Origin: Campylobacterota bacterium
GTDB taxonomy: Bacteria; Campylobacterota; Campylobacteria; Campylobacterales; Nautiliaceae
DNA length: 31,700 nucleotides
Direction of reading: 5' to 3'
Assembly (NCBI GenBank): GCA_009659955.1
Contig: PUXY01000154.1
Coordinates: 1 to 31,700 of the forward strand
Shown: piece by piece, positions 8,059 to 16,165 of the stretch
Numbering within the stretch: the first letter of the stretch is position 1
Layout: the number at the start of each line of letters is the position of its first letter
The notes under the pieces: model-generated
What the model saw: only the letters and a program-made list of their open reading frames with translations
What the model was told of the DNA's origin: nothing
The model's database searches: none
Translations under genes and position numbers: made by a program

Positions 8059-8119
8059 AAATTGGGAAATAGGTGAAAGAACTTCCTCTGCAGTTGAATA
8101 GAGGATAGCATTAAATAGG

Positions 8120-8195
8120 TGGCTCCGGCGGCAGGACTCGAACCTGCGACCCGACGGTTAACAGCCGTCTGCTCTACCGACTGAGCTACGCCGGA
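8120..8195 (-). tRNA. tRNA-Asn(GTT)
   Basis: Reverse complement TCCGGCGTAGCTCAGTCGGTAGAGCAGACGGCTGTTAACCGTCGGGTCGCAGGTTCGAGTCCTGCCGCCGGAGCCA; full cloverleaf, encoded CCA. Confidence 0.97.
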
Positions 8196-8206
8196 TTACG
8201 GGTGAA

Positions 8207-8235
8207 ATGATACAAAAAATAATTGGTTGAGTCAA
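8207..8235 (-). promoter_or_regulatory. Sigma70-type promoter of the tRNA-Asn/tRNA-Val operon
   Basis: Minus strand TTGACT-17 nt-TATCAT, ending 11 nt before tRNA-Asn. Confidence 0.75.
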
Positions 8236-8315
8236 GGGATTTAAGGGTAGAGAGGCAAATTTCCAAAAAAAATTTTGAAAGTTGGAGGGGAAAATAGATG
8301 AGAAAGAAAAAAGTT

Positions 8316-9236
8316 TTATTTTCCTTCTCTTTTTCTCCAATGGGAGGGGAGGAGTTGGGGAAGTAGATGAAACCGGTTGGAGGACATAAAGTGGATTTTG
8401 GGGTGAAGCTCCCAAAGTTGATGAAATAATTCTCTACTTATTTTAAGCCCCTCCTCCAACTCCCACTCTTTCCCCTTTTGATGGGCTTTTTCCATTATTT
8501 TAAAAATTTTTTCTGGAAGGGTTACCCCCGGTAATTTTTCTTTGAGGAAAAGGGCAGTCCGATAGGAGGTAATAGGAAAAAAGCCCAAAATAATCTCTCC
8601 CCGTCCAAACTCCTTTTTTACTTTTTCCATAATTTGAAGGAGTCTTTCTCCATCTCCCAAATTGTAAACCGGTTGGGTAATAATTCCTTCCGCCCCTTTT
8701 TCAATCTTTTTCCAGATTTTTCTTTCCAACCCCCTCCAATTGTTGGGGGAAGAGTTGGAGACTGCCAGAGGGAGAAAAGGTTTCGGGGAAGTTTTAAACT
8801 CTTTCCCGGTAACTGGATCAATTCCCCGGTTAAGGGTAGCTATCAACTCCAACAGAAAAAGACTATTTCCCTCAAATACCCCCTTAGCCTCAATGGGGGA
8901 GAGTCGCACCGGATCCCCTGTCAAAGCCAATATTGTGGTAACCCCCAAATCGTTGGCTCCCAAAAGCTCGCCTATCAGGGCAATTTTATTTCTATCCCTC
9001 ATTGTAATAGTAGTAATTACCGGCTTCCCAAATCGGGATTGGAGCCGATAACCGGCAATTACAGAATTGTATTTGGGGACACTCAAAGGGGCATCGGTAA
9101 CCGAAAAAGCATCTATATACTCCAATACGCCACTCTCTTCAATCTTTTCCAGTAGGGGATTTAAAGTCGGCTCCCGGGGCGGGGAAACCTCCAAACTTAA
9201 AAAACTCCCCTTCAATTTTTCAGGGGTCAATTCCAT
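8316..9236 (-). CDS. metF: Methylenetetrahydrofolate reductase (MetF family)
   Basis: LEVSPP, FSVTDAP, TITMRDRN, LALTGDP, GIITQPVY motifs. Confidence 0.85.
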   Translation of the reverse strand: MELTPEKLKGSFLSLEVSPPREPTLNPLLEKIEESGVLEYIDAFSVTDAPLSVPKYNSVIAGYRLQSRFGKPVITTITMRDRNKIALIGELLGANDLGVTTILALTGDPVRLSPIEAKGVFEGNSLFLLELIATLNRGIDPVTGKEFKTSPKPFLPLAVSNSSPNNWRGLERKIWKKIEKGAEGIITQPVYNLGDGERLLQIMEKVKKEFGRGEIILGFFPITSYRTALFLKEKLPGVTLPEKIFKIMEKAHQKGKEWELEEGLKISRELFHQLWELHPKIHFMSSNRFHLLPQLLPSHWRKREGK

Positions 9237-9261
9237 CGATATCCTTACTCAACTCACTTTT

Positions 9262-10101
9262 TTACATTTTGGGAAAAGGTAGCAAATTGAGAAGATATTT
9301 TACCTTAAACTGGGGAGTAATCTCAATAATGGAAAAAAATTTCTCCCCCACTGGAACCCAATAGCGTCCCGGAATCTCTTTTTCAAACTGGGAAGGAGAG
9401 AGGCTTTTCCCATTTAAAATATCTTCCAGAGAGCCCCGGTAGAGGTTTTTTGAAAAAGGGAGATAGTCAATAGGATTTAAAGGTTGTTCACACTGATAAA
9501 TAAACTTCCCTTCGTTGAGACGCACCAAAGAGGTTAAAAAGGCAGTAGTGCCCAACTTTTTTCCAATATCGGCACCCAAAGAGCGGATATAACACCCTTC
9601 CCCAACTTCCGCCTCTATTGTCAAAAAAGGGTGGGAGTAATCAATTAATTTTATCCCTTTTACCTCAACTTGAACCGGTTTAAGCTCCAAATCCTTTCCC
9701 TTTTCCGCCAACCTATAAGCCCTCTCCCCTGCCACTTTTTTGGCGGAATAGAGGGGAGGATATTGGAAATATCCGGGGAGAAAATGGGAAAAGACCCCTT
9801 CTATTTCCTCCCGACTGAAGGGGGGAATGGAGTCAATTCTTTCTACCTTTTCAATATCGAGGGTTGGAGATACTCCCCCCAACAGAAGGGTTGCCCTATA
9901 TCTTTTGGGGCTTTTTTCCAAAAATTGAAAAAGTTTTGTATACCTTCCAAAGGCTATCACCAATACCCCTTCGGCAAAGGGGTCTAAAGTGCCCGAAAAT
10001 CCCCCTTTTTTGACCCCATATTTCCTTTTCAATTTTCCCAAAAAGCGATTGGAAGAGATAAAAGGGGGTTTATAGGCTACAAAAAGTCGCTCTTCACCCA
10101 T
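9262..10101 (-). CDS. truB: tRNA pseudouridine(55) synthase TruB
   Basis: GFSGTLDPFAEGVL (catalytic Asp), QYPPLYSAKKVAGERAY, GCYIRSL. Start moved to ATG 10101 (SD AGGGAG) from the track start 10143. Confidence 0.95.
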   Translation of the reverse strand: MGEERLFVAYKPPFISSNRFLGKLKRKYGVKKGGFSGTLDPFAEGVLVIAFGRYTKLFQFLEKSPKRYRATLLLGGVSPTLDIEKVERIDSIPPFSREEIEGVFSHFLPGYFQYPPLYSAKKVAGERAYRLAEKGKDLELKPVQVEVKGIKLIDYSHPFLTIEAEVGEGCYIRSLGADIGKKLGTTAFLTSLVRLNEGKFIYQCEQPLNPIDYLPFSKNLYRGSLEDILNGKSLSPSQFEKEIPGRYWVPVGEKFFSIIEITPQFKVKYLLNLLPFPKM

Positions 10102-10537
10102 TTTCTCCCTTTTTTCCAAAAAAATTTTTCCCCTCCTTTTCAATTCCCAATAAAATAATCTCCTTTTCCAATTGATAAAGGGTATATCTTATTTTTTTGA
10201 AAGTGGACGCCCAATTGGGATCCAAAAGTTTAAAAATCTCCTCCAATACCCGGGCACTCTCTTCCCCCCTTTTCAGATTGGAAATTAACACCTCTCCTAC
10301 TCCTTCTCTCCTCCCTTTTTCCGGTTCTTGACGGAGAATATCCCCTTCTACATTTCTACTTTCAATCAATTGACGGGTCCAATCGGAAGGTAAATGGGTA
10401 GTATGGCGGAGAATTTTAAATTGTTTAGCAAGGGGAGAATTCCAGTGATAGCGGAGGATATCCTCCACTACCCGGAGCCCCTCCCGGAGCCGGTTGAGAT
10501 TGGCATCTACAACCCGCCACGGGAAAGGATTAATCAT
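10094..10537 (-). CDS. Stand-alone ThiD2-like protein (N-terminal domain of long thiamine-phosphate synthases)
   Basis: RVVDANLNRLREGLRVVEDILRY and NLKRGEESARVLEEIFKL...RYTLYQLEK motifs. Confidence 0.8.
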   Translation of the reverse strand: MINPFPWRVVDANLNRLREGLRVVEDILRYHWNSPLAKQFKILRHTTHLPSDWTRQLIESRNVEGDILRQEPEKGRREGVGEVLISNLKRGEESARVLEEIFKLLDPNWASTFKKIRYTLYQLEKEIILLGIEKEGKNFFGKKGENG

Positions 10538-11246
10538 CGTTGAGGAAACCTAAAATTTGAAGGAGAGAGACAAAAAGGTTGACAAAGTCAAGGAAAAGCA
10601 TTACCGCCCCCTCAATAGGGGTTTCCACATTTCCCCGAATAATATTTTGGGTGTCATAGAGGATAAAGAAACTGAAAAGAATTGCAGAAACTACTGCAAT
10701 TCCCAATTGGAGAAGGGGTAGTTGGAGAAAAATGTTTAAAATGGAAGCTACAATTAAAACAATCAAAGTTACAAAAAGGGCTTTTCCCCATCCACTAAAA
10801 TCTTTTTTTGTAACCATCGCAAACCAAGTCAATCCAAAAAAGGCTACACTGGTCAAAATGAAAGCCTCTGCAATTAAATTTCCCCAACCTCTTCCGATAA
10901 AAGCTCCCAAAAGGGGTGCCAAAGTGAATCCACTCATAAAAGTGAATCCGAAAAGCAAAAAGAGATTTAAAGGTGAACTCTTCCGTTTAATTTGGAGAGC
11001 AATTAATAATATAAACTCCACAATTACCGCTCCCCAGAAAAAGAGTTTATTGGAAGCCATTGCGGAAGCAAATGGCAATCCTACATACGCTCCCACTGCC
11101 CCTGCCAAAAGGGAGCCGGCAAAGAGTTGATAGACCTTTTTTACAAATTGATTTATATCGGTAATCTCCCTTGTTTCGGTAGGGGATTGGGCGTCGACCA
11201 GAATCTGTCTCTCCCCCTTCTTCACTTCCAGATTTTCCATTTTCAT
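10530..11246 (-). CDS. yccA: Bax inhibitor-1/YccA family membrane protein
   Basis: About 7 TM helices, VYQLFAGSL, ILYDTQNII, LFLDFVNLFVSLLQI. Start at ATG 11246 (SD GGAGG). Confidence 0.9.
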   Translation of the reverse strand: MKMENLEVKKGERQILVDAQSPTETREITDINQFVKKVYQLFAGSLLAGAVGAYVGLPFASAMASNKLFFWGAVIVEFILLIALQIKRKSSPLNLFLLFGFTFMSGFTLAPLLGAFIGRGWGNLIAEAFILTSVAFFGLTWFAMVTKKDFSGWGKALFVTLIVLIVASILNIFLQLPLLQLGIAVVSAILFSFFILYDTQNIIRGNVETPIEGAVMLFLDFVNLFVSLLQILGFLNDD

Positions 11247-11281
11247 CGAAAAACCTCCTTTTGTTACTTTACTCTCTTTTA

Positions 11282-11291
11282 TATAATACCA
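11282..11291. promoter_or_regulatory. Overlapping divergent -10 elements (candidate bidirectional promoter)
   Basis: + strand TATAAT 11282-87; - strand TGgTATTAT 11291-83; lies between divergent yccA and the orphan ORF. Confidence 0.55.
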
Positions 11292-11320
11292 TATTAACAC
11301 CTAAATGAAAGGTTATGAAA

Positions 11321-11668
11321 ATGGATTTTTTAAGAAAAATTCTTTTCTCTATTCTTATTTTTAATGGATTTGCCTCGGGTGGAATTCCTACCACCATTGA
11401 AGGATATTTTACAACCCTTTATCAACAATGTGGAACTATTTTAAGAAAGAGCAATTCAGATTGTAAGGCGTTGGGAAAAGAGGTAGCAAGAGAGTATAAG
11501 GAGAGCATATTGGGGAGTGGAGTAGCCCCCAAAGAGATAATTTCCATTGTGGAAATTGTGGAAGAGGTGTGTCAAATGGGGTGCCAAAATAGGGGCAAAA
11601 AAGGGGAGAGGATTATCGAAAGTGCCGTGGTAAAATATCAAACTCTGGAGAAAAACCGGAAAAAATAG
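11321..11668 (+). CDS. Small exported hypothetical protein with four Cys (CxxxC near C-terminus)
   Basis: Signal-like N-terminus (RKILFSILIFNGFASG), amphipathic helical pattern, C..C..CQMGC. SD AAAGG favours ATG 11321 over 11315. Confidence 0.7.
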   Translation: MDFLRKILFSILIFNGFASGGIPTTIEGYFTTLYQQCGTILRKSNSDCKALGKEVAREYKESILGSGVAPKEIISIVEIVEEVCQMGCQNRGKKGERIIESAVVKYQTLEKNRKK

Positions 11669-11904
11669 ATTATTTTTCCCCCTCTATTTTCTTTAATTAA
11701 GACTCGGAATCTTCTTGATTGATAACAAAATTTTTTGTTTTATAGATAATTTATTGGAATTGATAGGATTTTTTTTAAAATAGATGAATTAAGTTTCGAT
11801 TTTTAAGCCTTTTATTCTTTGTCTGCAAAATTAAAGGGGATAGATTAAAATTTTTACTCTTTAAGGCAGTTTTTCAATAAAGAGAGAAAAATCTGAAAAG
11901 AAAA

Positions 11905-11931
11905 AAGGGAAAAATCTCTCCCTTTGGGAGA
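11905..11931 (-). terminator. Candidate terminator of the era-pilus-rnr operon
   Basis: TCTCCC(11917-22)/GGGAGA(11926-31) stem followed on the minus strand by T-rich runs, 14 nt after the last stop. Confidence 0.45.
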
Positions 11932-11945
11932 ATTGGAAGGGGATA

Positions 11946-12302
11946 TTACCAATCGTTCCAAGAGTGGACTTTTTTGGCAATGGTAAAGTTATCAATCCGA
12001 CTGATAGCCGAAAAACCGATATCGTTGAGTAGATTCTCCTCCACCGAAAAATTGGTAAAAATGAGATATCCCCCATTCCGGAGGGCACGGAAAACCGGTT
12101 TCAACTCCAAAGGTCTATCCAAAATAATAAATTGGTAATACCTTTTGGCGTCGGGCTCCTCCTCCAAAATCTCCACACTCCTCCCCTCCCGTTGCCCCAA
12201 CTCTCTCCCTATCTCCCGGTTGGTGGTGGCTATATTTATGGGAACATCATCGCCAATAATCTGCTCCAAAAGTTCAAGGCTTTTTCTATCGATTTTCTCC
12301 AT
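11946..12302 (-). CDS. Hypothetical protein, truncated SAM-methyltransferase-like fold
   Basis: 118 aa from ATG 12302 (SD GGAGG), overlaps rnr stop by 17 bp. YQFIILD...VFRALRNGGYLIF resembles class I MTase strands; no GxGxG motif. C-terminal KKVHSWNDW. Confidence 0.65.
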   Translation of the reverse strand: MEKIDRKSLELLEQIIGDDVPINIATTNREIGRELGQREGRSVEILEEEPDAKRYYQFIILDRPLELKPVFRALRNGGYLIFTNFSVEENLLNDIGFSAISRIDNFTIAKKVHSWNDW

Positions 12303-14340
12303 TTTCTTCCTCCTCCTCTTCGTCCAAAGAGATGGGCTCTCCCAACGGGTAAGGGGTTGCCAATTTTTCGGTAACTTTTCCGGAAATTTTGGCAGTGGGA
12401 ATATCACTTTGGGTAATTTGAAATTTCACCCGTTGGAAAAGGGGAAATTTTTCCCTATCTTCCAAAAATATCCGGGCTCCGAAAATTTCATCGTCCAATC
12501 GGGCAATGGGGGGAATTTCCGGGTCTTCAATAATCCCCTCAAACTCTTCTCCAATATGTTTGGCTCCCCATCGGGCAAATTTCCGGTCATAGAAATCCCA
12601 CTCCACCCTTTGAGCCTCCCGCTCCAGTTGGGAGAGTCGCTCTGCCACCGCTTCCACCTCCCGACTCAAATAGTCCAGTTGTCTCTTCTCTCCCCGGAGG
12701 AGGGCTTTTAAAATCCGATGGAGAAGGAGGTCGGAGTATCGGCGGATTGGGGAAGTAAAGTGGGTGTAGCTTTCAAATCCCAAAGCAAAATGCCCCCGGT
12801 TTTCCCCACTATACTCCGCCTGTTGTTGGGCTTTGATAATCAATTTATCCACATATCGGCGGAGTCCCATCTCCTCTGCCTGCTCCTGAATCTCCTCCAC
12901 CACTTTGGGAAAGGGGCGTTTCTCCCCCTTTTTTACTTCAATTCCCAACTCCTCCAAAAGGGTCATCAACTGGGTTACAGCGGTGGGGGAGGGTTCATCG
13001 TGGACCCGATAAATTCCATTCTCCACCATCTCCGCCGCCCCCCGGTTTGCCAAAAGCATACACTCCTCTATCAACTGGTGGGAGCGGGTCTCCTCCTCCA
13101 ATTTCACCTCCGCCAACTCCCCATTTTCGTCCAGTTTCATTCTAATCTCATCACTTTCAAAGGTCAATCCCCCTTTCAATCTCTCCTGTCGGAGTTGGGC
13201 AGTCAAAAGGGAAAGGGGGTGAAGCCATCTTCCTATCTCCCTATCAATCTCGTCTTCCGGTTCCCCCAAAAACCCCTTTTTCCCCTCTTTTTCCCTATCC
13301 CAATATTCCAAAAGTTCATCTATCCGGTCATAGGTATATTTCCGCCGGGAGTTGATAATTCCTTCAAAAAGTTTGGTATCGACAACTTCCCCTTGGGGAT
13401 TAAAGGAGATTTTAAACACAAATGCCAACCGGTCTTCCCCCTCCCGGAGGGAGCAGAGATTTTCACTCAACTGGGGAGGTAGCATTGGCACCGCTTTGTG
13501 GGGAAAATAGATGGAGAATCCCCGCTCCTTTGCTTCCCGGTCTATTGCCCCATTGGGATAGACATACTCCGACACATCGGCTATAGCTACAAAAAGCTCC
13601 CTCTTCTCCGGGTCAAAATAGATGGCGTCGTCGTGGTCCTTTGCCCCCTCGGGGTCGATGGTTACAAAGGGCAAGTGAGTCAAATCGATTCGATGGGGGT
13701 AAAATTCCCTCTCCACCCGGTCTCCAAAGGACTCCGCCTCCAAAATCGCCCTTTTGGAGAACTCCTCCCGTTTATTGTAGAGTCCCAAAGAGATTTTTTC
13801 ATCGACCCACGGGTCTGAAAGCACCCCCAACACTTCCAAAATCTGATTTGTGTAATTGTCAATTTTTAAAACCGCCCCCTCCGGTAACTTTTTCAATTGT
13901 TTCTGTTTTTTTACAAAAATGGGCTCTTTGGTCTTTATGTTCCGCAAAATAGGAATTTTAGTCCCTCCCCGTTTCATAAATTCCAGATAAACAATCCGAA
14001 CGGGAAACTTTTTTTCCAAAAGGTAAATCACCTCCGCCTTTTTCCGTCCCCGCTTTTTCCGGTGGAGGAGTTTGGCTATTACCAAATCTCCATCTCCCGC
14101 CCCGTGGAGGTCGGGGATTTCTATCAAATAATCTTTCTCATTTACCCCTATCGGTATCAAAAATCCAAACCCCTTTTTGGTTATATCAATCTCTCCAACC
14201 CGATACTCTTCCCTCAACTTTACAACTTTGCCATTTTCAACAATCCCCAAAGTTATTAGGTCATTGACCAAATTCCGTTTATCCCGGGGAATATCTTTCC
14301 TCAAAATTCCCCGGGTCAATTTGAACATAAACTCCCTCAC
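12286..14340 (-). CDS. rnr: Ribonuclease R (RNB family)
   Basis: FVTIDPEGAKDHDDA, IADVS, LIEECMLLAN, HFTSPIRRYSDL. Confidence 0.93.
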   Translation of the reverse strand: MREFMFKLTRGILRKDIPRDKRNLVNDLITLGIVENGKVVKLREEYRVGEIDITKKGFGFLIPIGVNEKDYLIEIPDLHGAGDGDLVIAKLLHRKKRGRKKAEVIYLLEKKFPVRIVYLEFMKRGGTKIPILRNIKTKEPIFVKKQKQLKKLPEGAVLKIDNYTNQILEVLGVLSDPWVDEKISLGLYNKREEFSKRAILEAESFGDRVEREFYPHRIDLTHLPFVTIDPEGAKDHDDAIYFDPEKRELFVAIADVSEYVYPNGAIDREAKERGFSIYFPHKAVPMLPPQLSENLCSLREGEDRLAFVFKISFNPQGEVVDTKLFEGIINSRRKYTYDRIDELLEYWDREKEGKKGFLGEPEDEIDREIGRWLHPLSLLTAQLRQERLKGGLTFESDEIRMKLDENGELAEVKLEEETRSHQLIEECMLLANRGAAEMVENGIYRVHDEPSPTAVTQLMTLLEELGIEVKKGEKRPFPKVVEEIQEQAEEMGLRRYVDKLIIKAQQQAEYSGENRGHFALGFESYTHFTSPIRRYSDLLLHRILKALLRGEKRQLDYLSREVEAVAERLSQLEREAQRVEWDFYDRKFARWGAKHIGEEFEGIIEDPEIPPIARLDDEIFGARIFLEDREKFPLFQRVKFQITQSDIPTAKISGKVTEKLATPYPLGEPISLDEEEEEENGENR

Positions 14341-14343
14341 CGG

Positions 14344-15435
14344 TTATTTCCCCCCTTCTATCTGAACCAAAAGGGTATTGATTTTGTCGCTATACCCATA
14401 CTGATTCAGATAAGTTTTTAAAACTTTGATGGCATCGTGCCGGTAACCCCTTTTCAACAAAATTTTTGCAAAAAGGAGCCAACTTTCCGGTTTTTTTACA
14501 TCGATGGCATTGGCTTTCAAAGCCCAAATTTTTGCCAAATAGAGATTACCTCCATTGTAGAACATTTTTGCTATCATAATTGCCTTTTCATAGGAAGGAT
14601 TATTGTTGTAACTCTCAATTAGTCCCGGAATTGTAACCTTTTTTTCCACAATTTTTGGGGTTGTATGTCTTTTTCTGGTTTTATGATAAGTCCGACGGGA
14701 AGGGGAGGGGCGGGTGGGAGAGACTACCTTTTTACTGATTGTAACCTCTTTAAATCCGGAATTGGCTATCCTCTCTCCCCTCCGGTAATTCCCCTTTTGG
14801 GAAAAGGTTTTTTCAAAAAAACCTCCGGTATCCCATCTTTGGCGGGCTTCCATCTCTTCCTCCCGGGAAGGGAGACGCTTGGGCAATTGGAAGGTAAGGG
14901 CGGAGGTTTCCCCAGTTTTGGGAGAAGTTGAAGTAGAGGTTGGAGATTGTTGATAAGAAGGGGAGGGGGTGGTATTTGCTACCCCTTTTTCCGGAGAAGG
15001 TGGAGGGGAGGAGGGGGAGAAGTTTTTCTCCGGAGAAGTGGAAGGATAAGAAGGGGTAGCGGATTGGGGAGAGGAAGAGGTTGGAGATTGAACAGAAGAA
15101 GAGGAAGAGGCAGAAATAGAGGTTCCGGTAGAGGAAGGAGATTGGGAGTTTTCCCCTTGGGAGACCTTTACCACTTTCACTTTTTTTACCTCCACTCCCC
15201 CTTGGGAAGGGGTGCCTGTGGAAGAGTTGAGTTGGGCGACCGGTGGAGATGTCACTGCCCCTTTGACCGGCTCTCCCCGGGAGAGTTTAGATTTAAAAAA
15301 GTGGTAGATTTGAGGTGCGTGGGTAATTCCATAAAAACCTCCCCCTATCAAAAGAGCCCCCACTCCCAATTTAATTCCCCATCTTATCCACAATCGCTTG
15401 TAATACCGCTTTTCTAACTCCTCATATCTATGCAT
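14344..15435 (-). CDS. CtsX-like bitopic membrane protein with Ser/Thr/Pro-rich linker and C-terminal TPR domain
   Basis: N-terminal TM, ~115-aa low-complexity S/T/P stretch, TPR-like helices (AKIWALKANAID...ESWLLFAKILLKRG), position after the CtsP-like ATPase. Confidence 0.7.
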   Translation of the reverse strand: MHRYEELEKRYYKRLWIRWGIKLGVGALLIGGGFYGITHAPQIYHFFKSKLSRGEPVKGAVTSPPVAQLNSSTGTPSQGGVEVKKVKVVKVSQGENSQSPSSTGTSISASSSSSVQSPTSSSPQSATPSYPSTSPEKNFSPSSPPPSPEKGVANTTPSPSYQQSPTSTSTSPKTGETSALTFQLPKRLPSREEEMEARQRWDTGGFFEKTFSQKGNYRRGERIANSGFKEVTISKKVVSPTRPSPSRRTYHKTRKRHTTPKIVEKKVTIPGLIESYNNNPSYEKAIMIAKMFYNGGNLYLAKIWALKANAIDVKKPESWLLFAKILLKRGYRHDAIKVLKTYLNQYGYSDKINTLLVQIEGGK

Positions 15436-16165
15436 TAAACTCCTTCAAATCCATAATTGCAATTTCAATATATTTGTTGGAGAGCTTCCGGAGATTTACT
15501 TTGGCGGGACTCCGGGTATAAAAGTAATCCAATACATCAAAAAGTTTAAACATTAACTGATTTGTCCCCCGGAGAGAGCCTTTGGCAAACTTATAAATTT
15601 TTCTGAAATTGCTTTTGGTAAACATTTTTGCCACATCATTTAACCCCGCCCGATTCAATTTGGTAAGGATAAAGTTTTGGGTCTCCTCAAAGGAGATAGG
15701 GTCGGTGGGAATAATATAGTTTATTCGGCTTTTAAAATGTTTCTTTTTCAAAAGTTCGTCCACATTGGTATCGTGGGTTGCAAAAAGGAGAGTTACATTT
15801 CCCCTATCGGCGTAAATCCGGAGATTTTCCCAAGTTTCTGCCGATAGAAGTTGGGCTTCATCAATTAAAAAGGTTTGATGATTGGTCGGTTTTACCTTTT
15901 TCAAAAGGCTCAAAATGGAGTTTATCTCCGAATAGGGATTGGAAACAAAAAAGATAATCTCCTCATCTTTAATTTCTTCATAAATTTTTTTGAGAATCAT
16001 ACTTTTTCCACTCCCTGCCTCCCCGGTCAGAATAACAATTTTATCCCTTTGCCGGATAATGGAGATGAGGTCAATTTTGACCTTTTCTTGGGAGGGGAGG
16101 GGAACATAAAGGTCAGTTTTGACCACATCTCTAAAAAGTTCCCGTGCCTTTTTAAAATCCTCCAA
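15428..16165 (-). CDS. CtsP/ExeA/MshM-like AAA ATPase
   Basis: Walker A GEAGSGKS, Walker B FLIDEAQ, position directly after the secretin. Confidence 0.82.
   Translation of the reverse strand: MEDFKKARELFRDVVKTDLYVPLPSQEKVKIDLISIIRQRDKIVILTGEAGSGKSMILKKIYEEIKDEEIIFFVSNPYSEINSILSLLKKVKPTNHQTFLIDEAQLLSAETWENLRIYADRGNVTLLFATHDTNVDELLKKKHFKSRINYIIPTDPISFEETQNFILTKLNRAGLNDVAKMFTKSNFRKIYKFAKGSLRGTNQLMFKLFDVLDYFYTRSPAKVNLRKLSNKYIEIAIMDLKEFNA

Noticed and set aside
8000-8152. Shared 22-nt GCAGGACTCGAACCTGCGACCC repeat
   Set aside because: It is the identical T-arm of the two tRNAs, not a CRISPR or mobile repeat.
8158-8415. 85-aa minus-strand ORF and the 71-aa ORF at 56-271
   Set aside because: The first overlaps metF, the tRNA promoter and tRNA-Asn; the second is antisense to the partial + ORF and the cytochrome SD.
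11860-11884. Resemblance to a Campylobacterota difH site (ATTGAAAAACTG on the minus strand)
   Set aside because: Only one arm resembles it and the TTTTCAA second arm is missing.
12718-13482. Long antisense ORFs (e.g. 12718-13482, 6846-7553, 16654-17253, 22940-23539, 24140-24700, 25233-25802)
   Set aside because: All lie opposite well-identified genes, have no recognisable motifs or SD, and are expected shadows of purine-rich coding strands.
15384-15392. Perfect DnaA box TTATCCACA
   Set aside because: Single copy inside a coding region, with no cluster or dnaA nearby.
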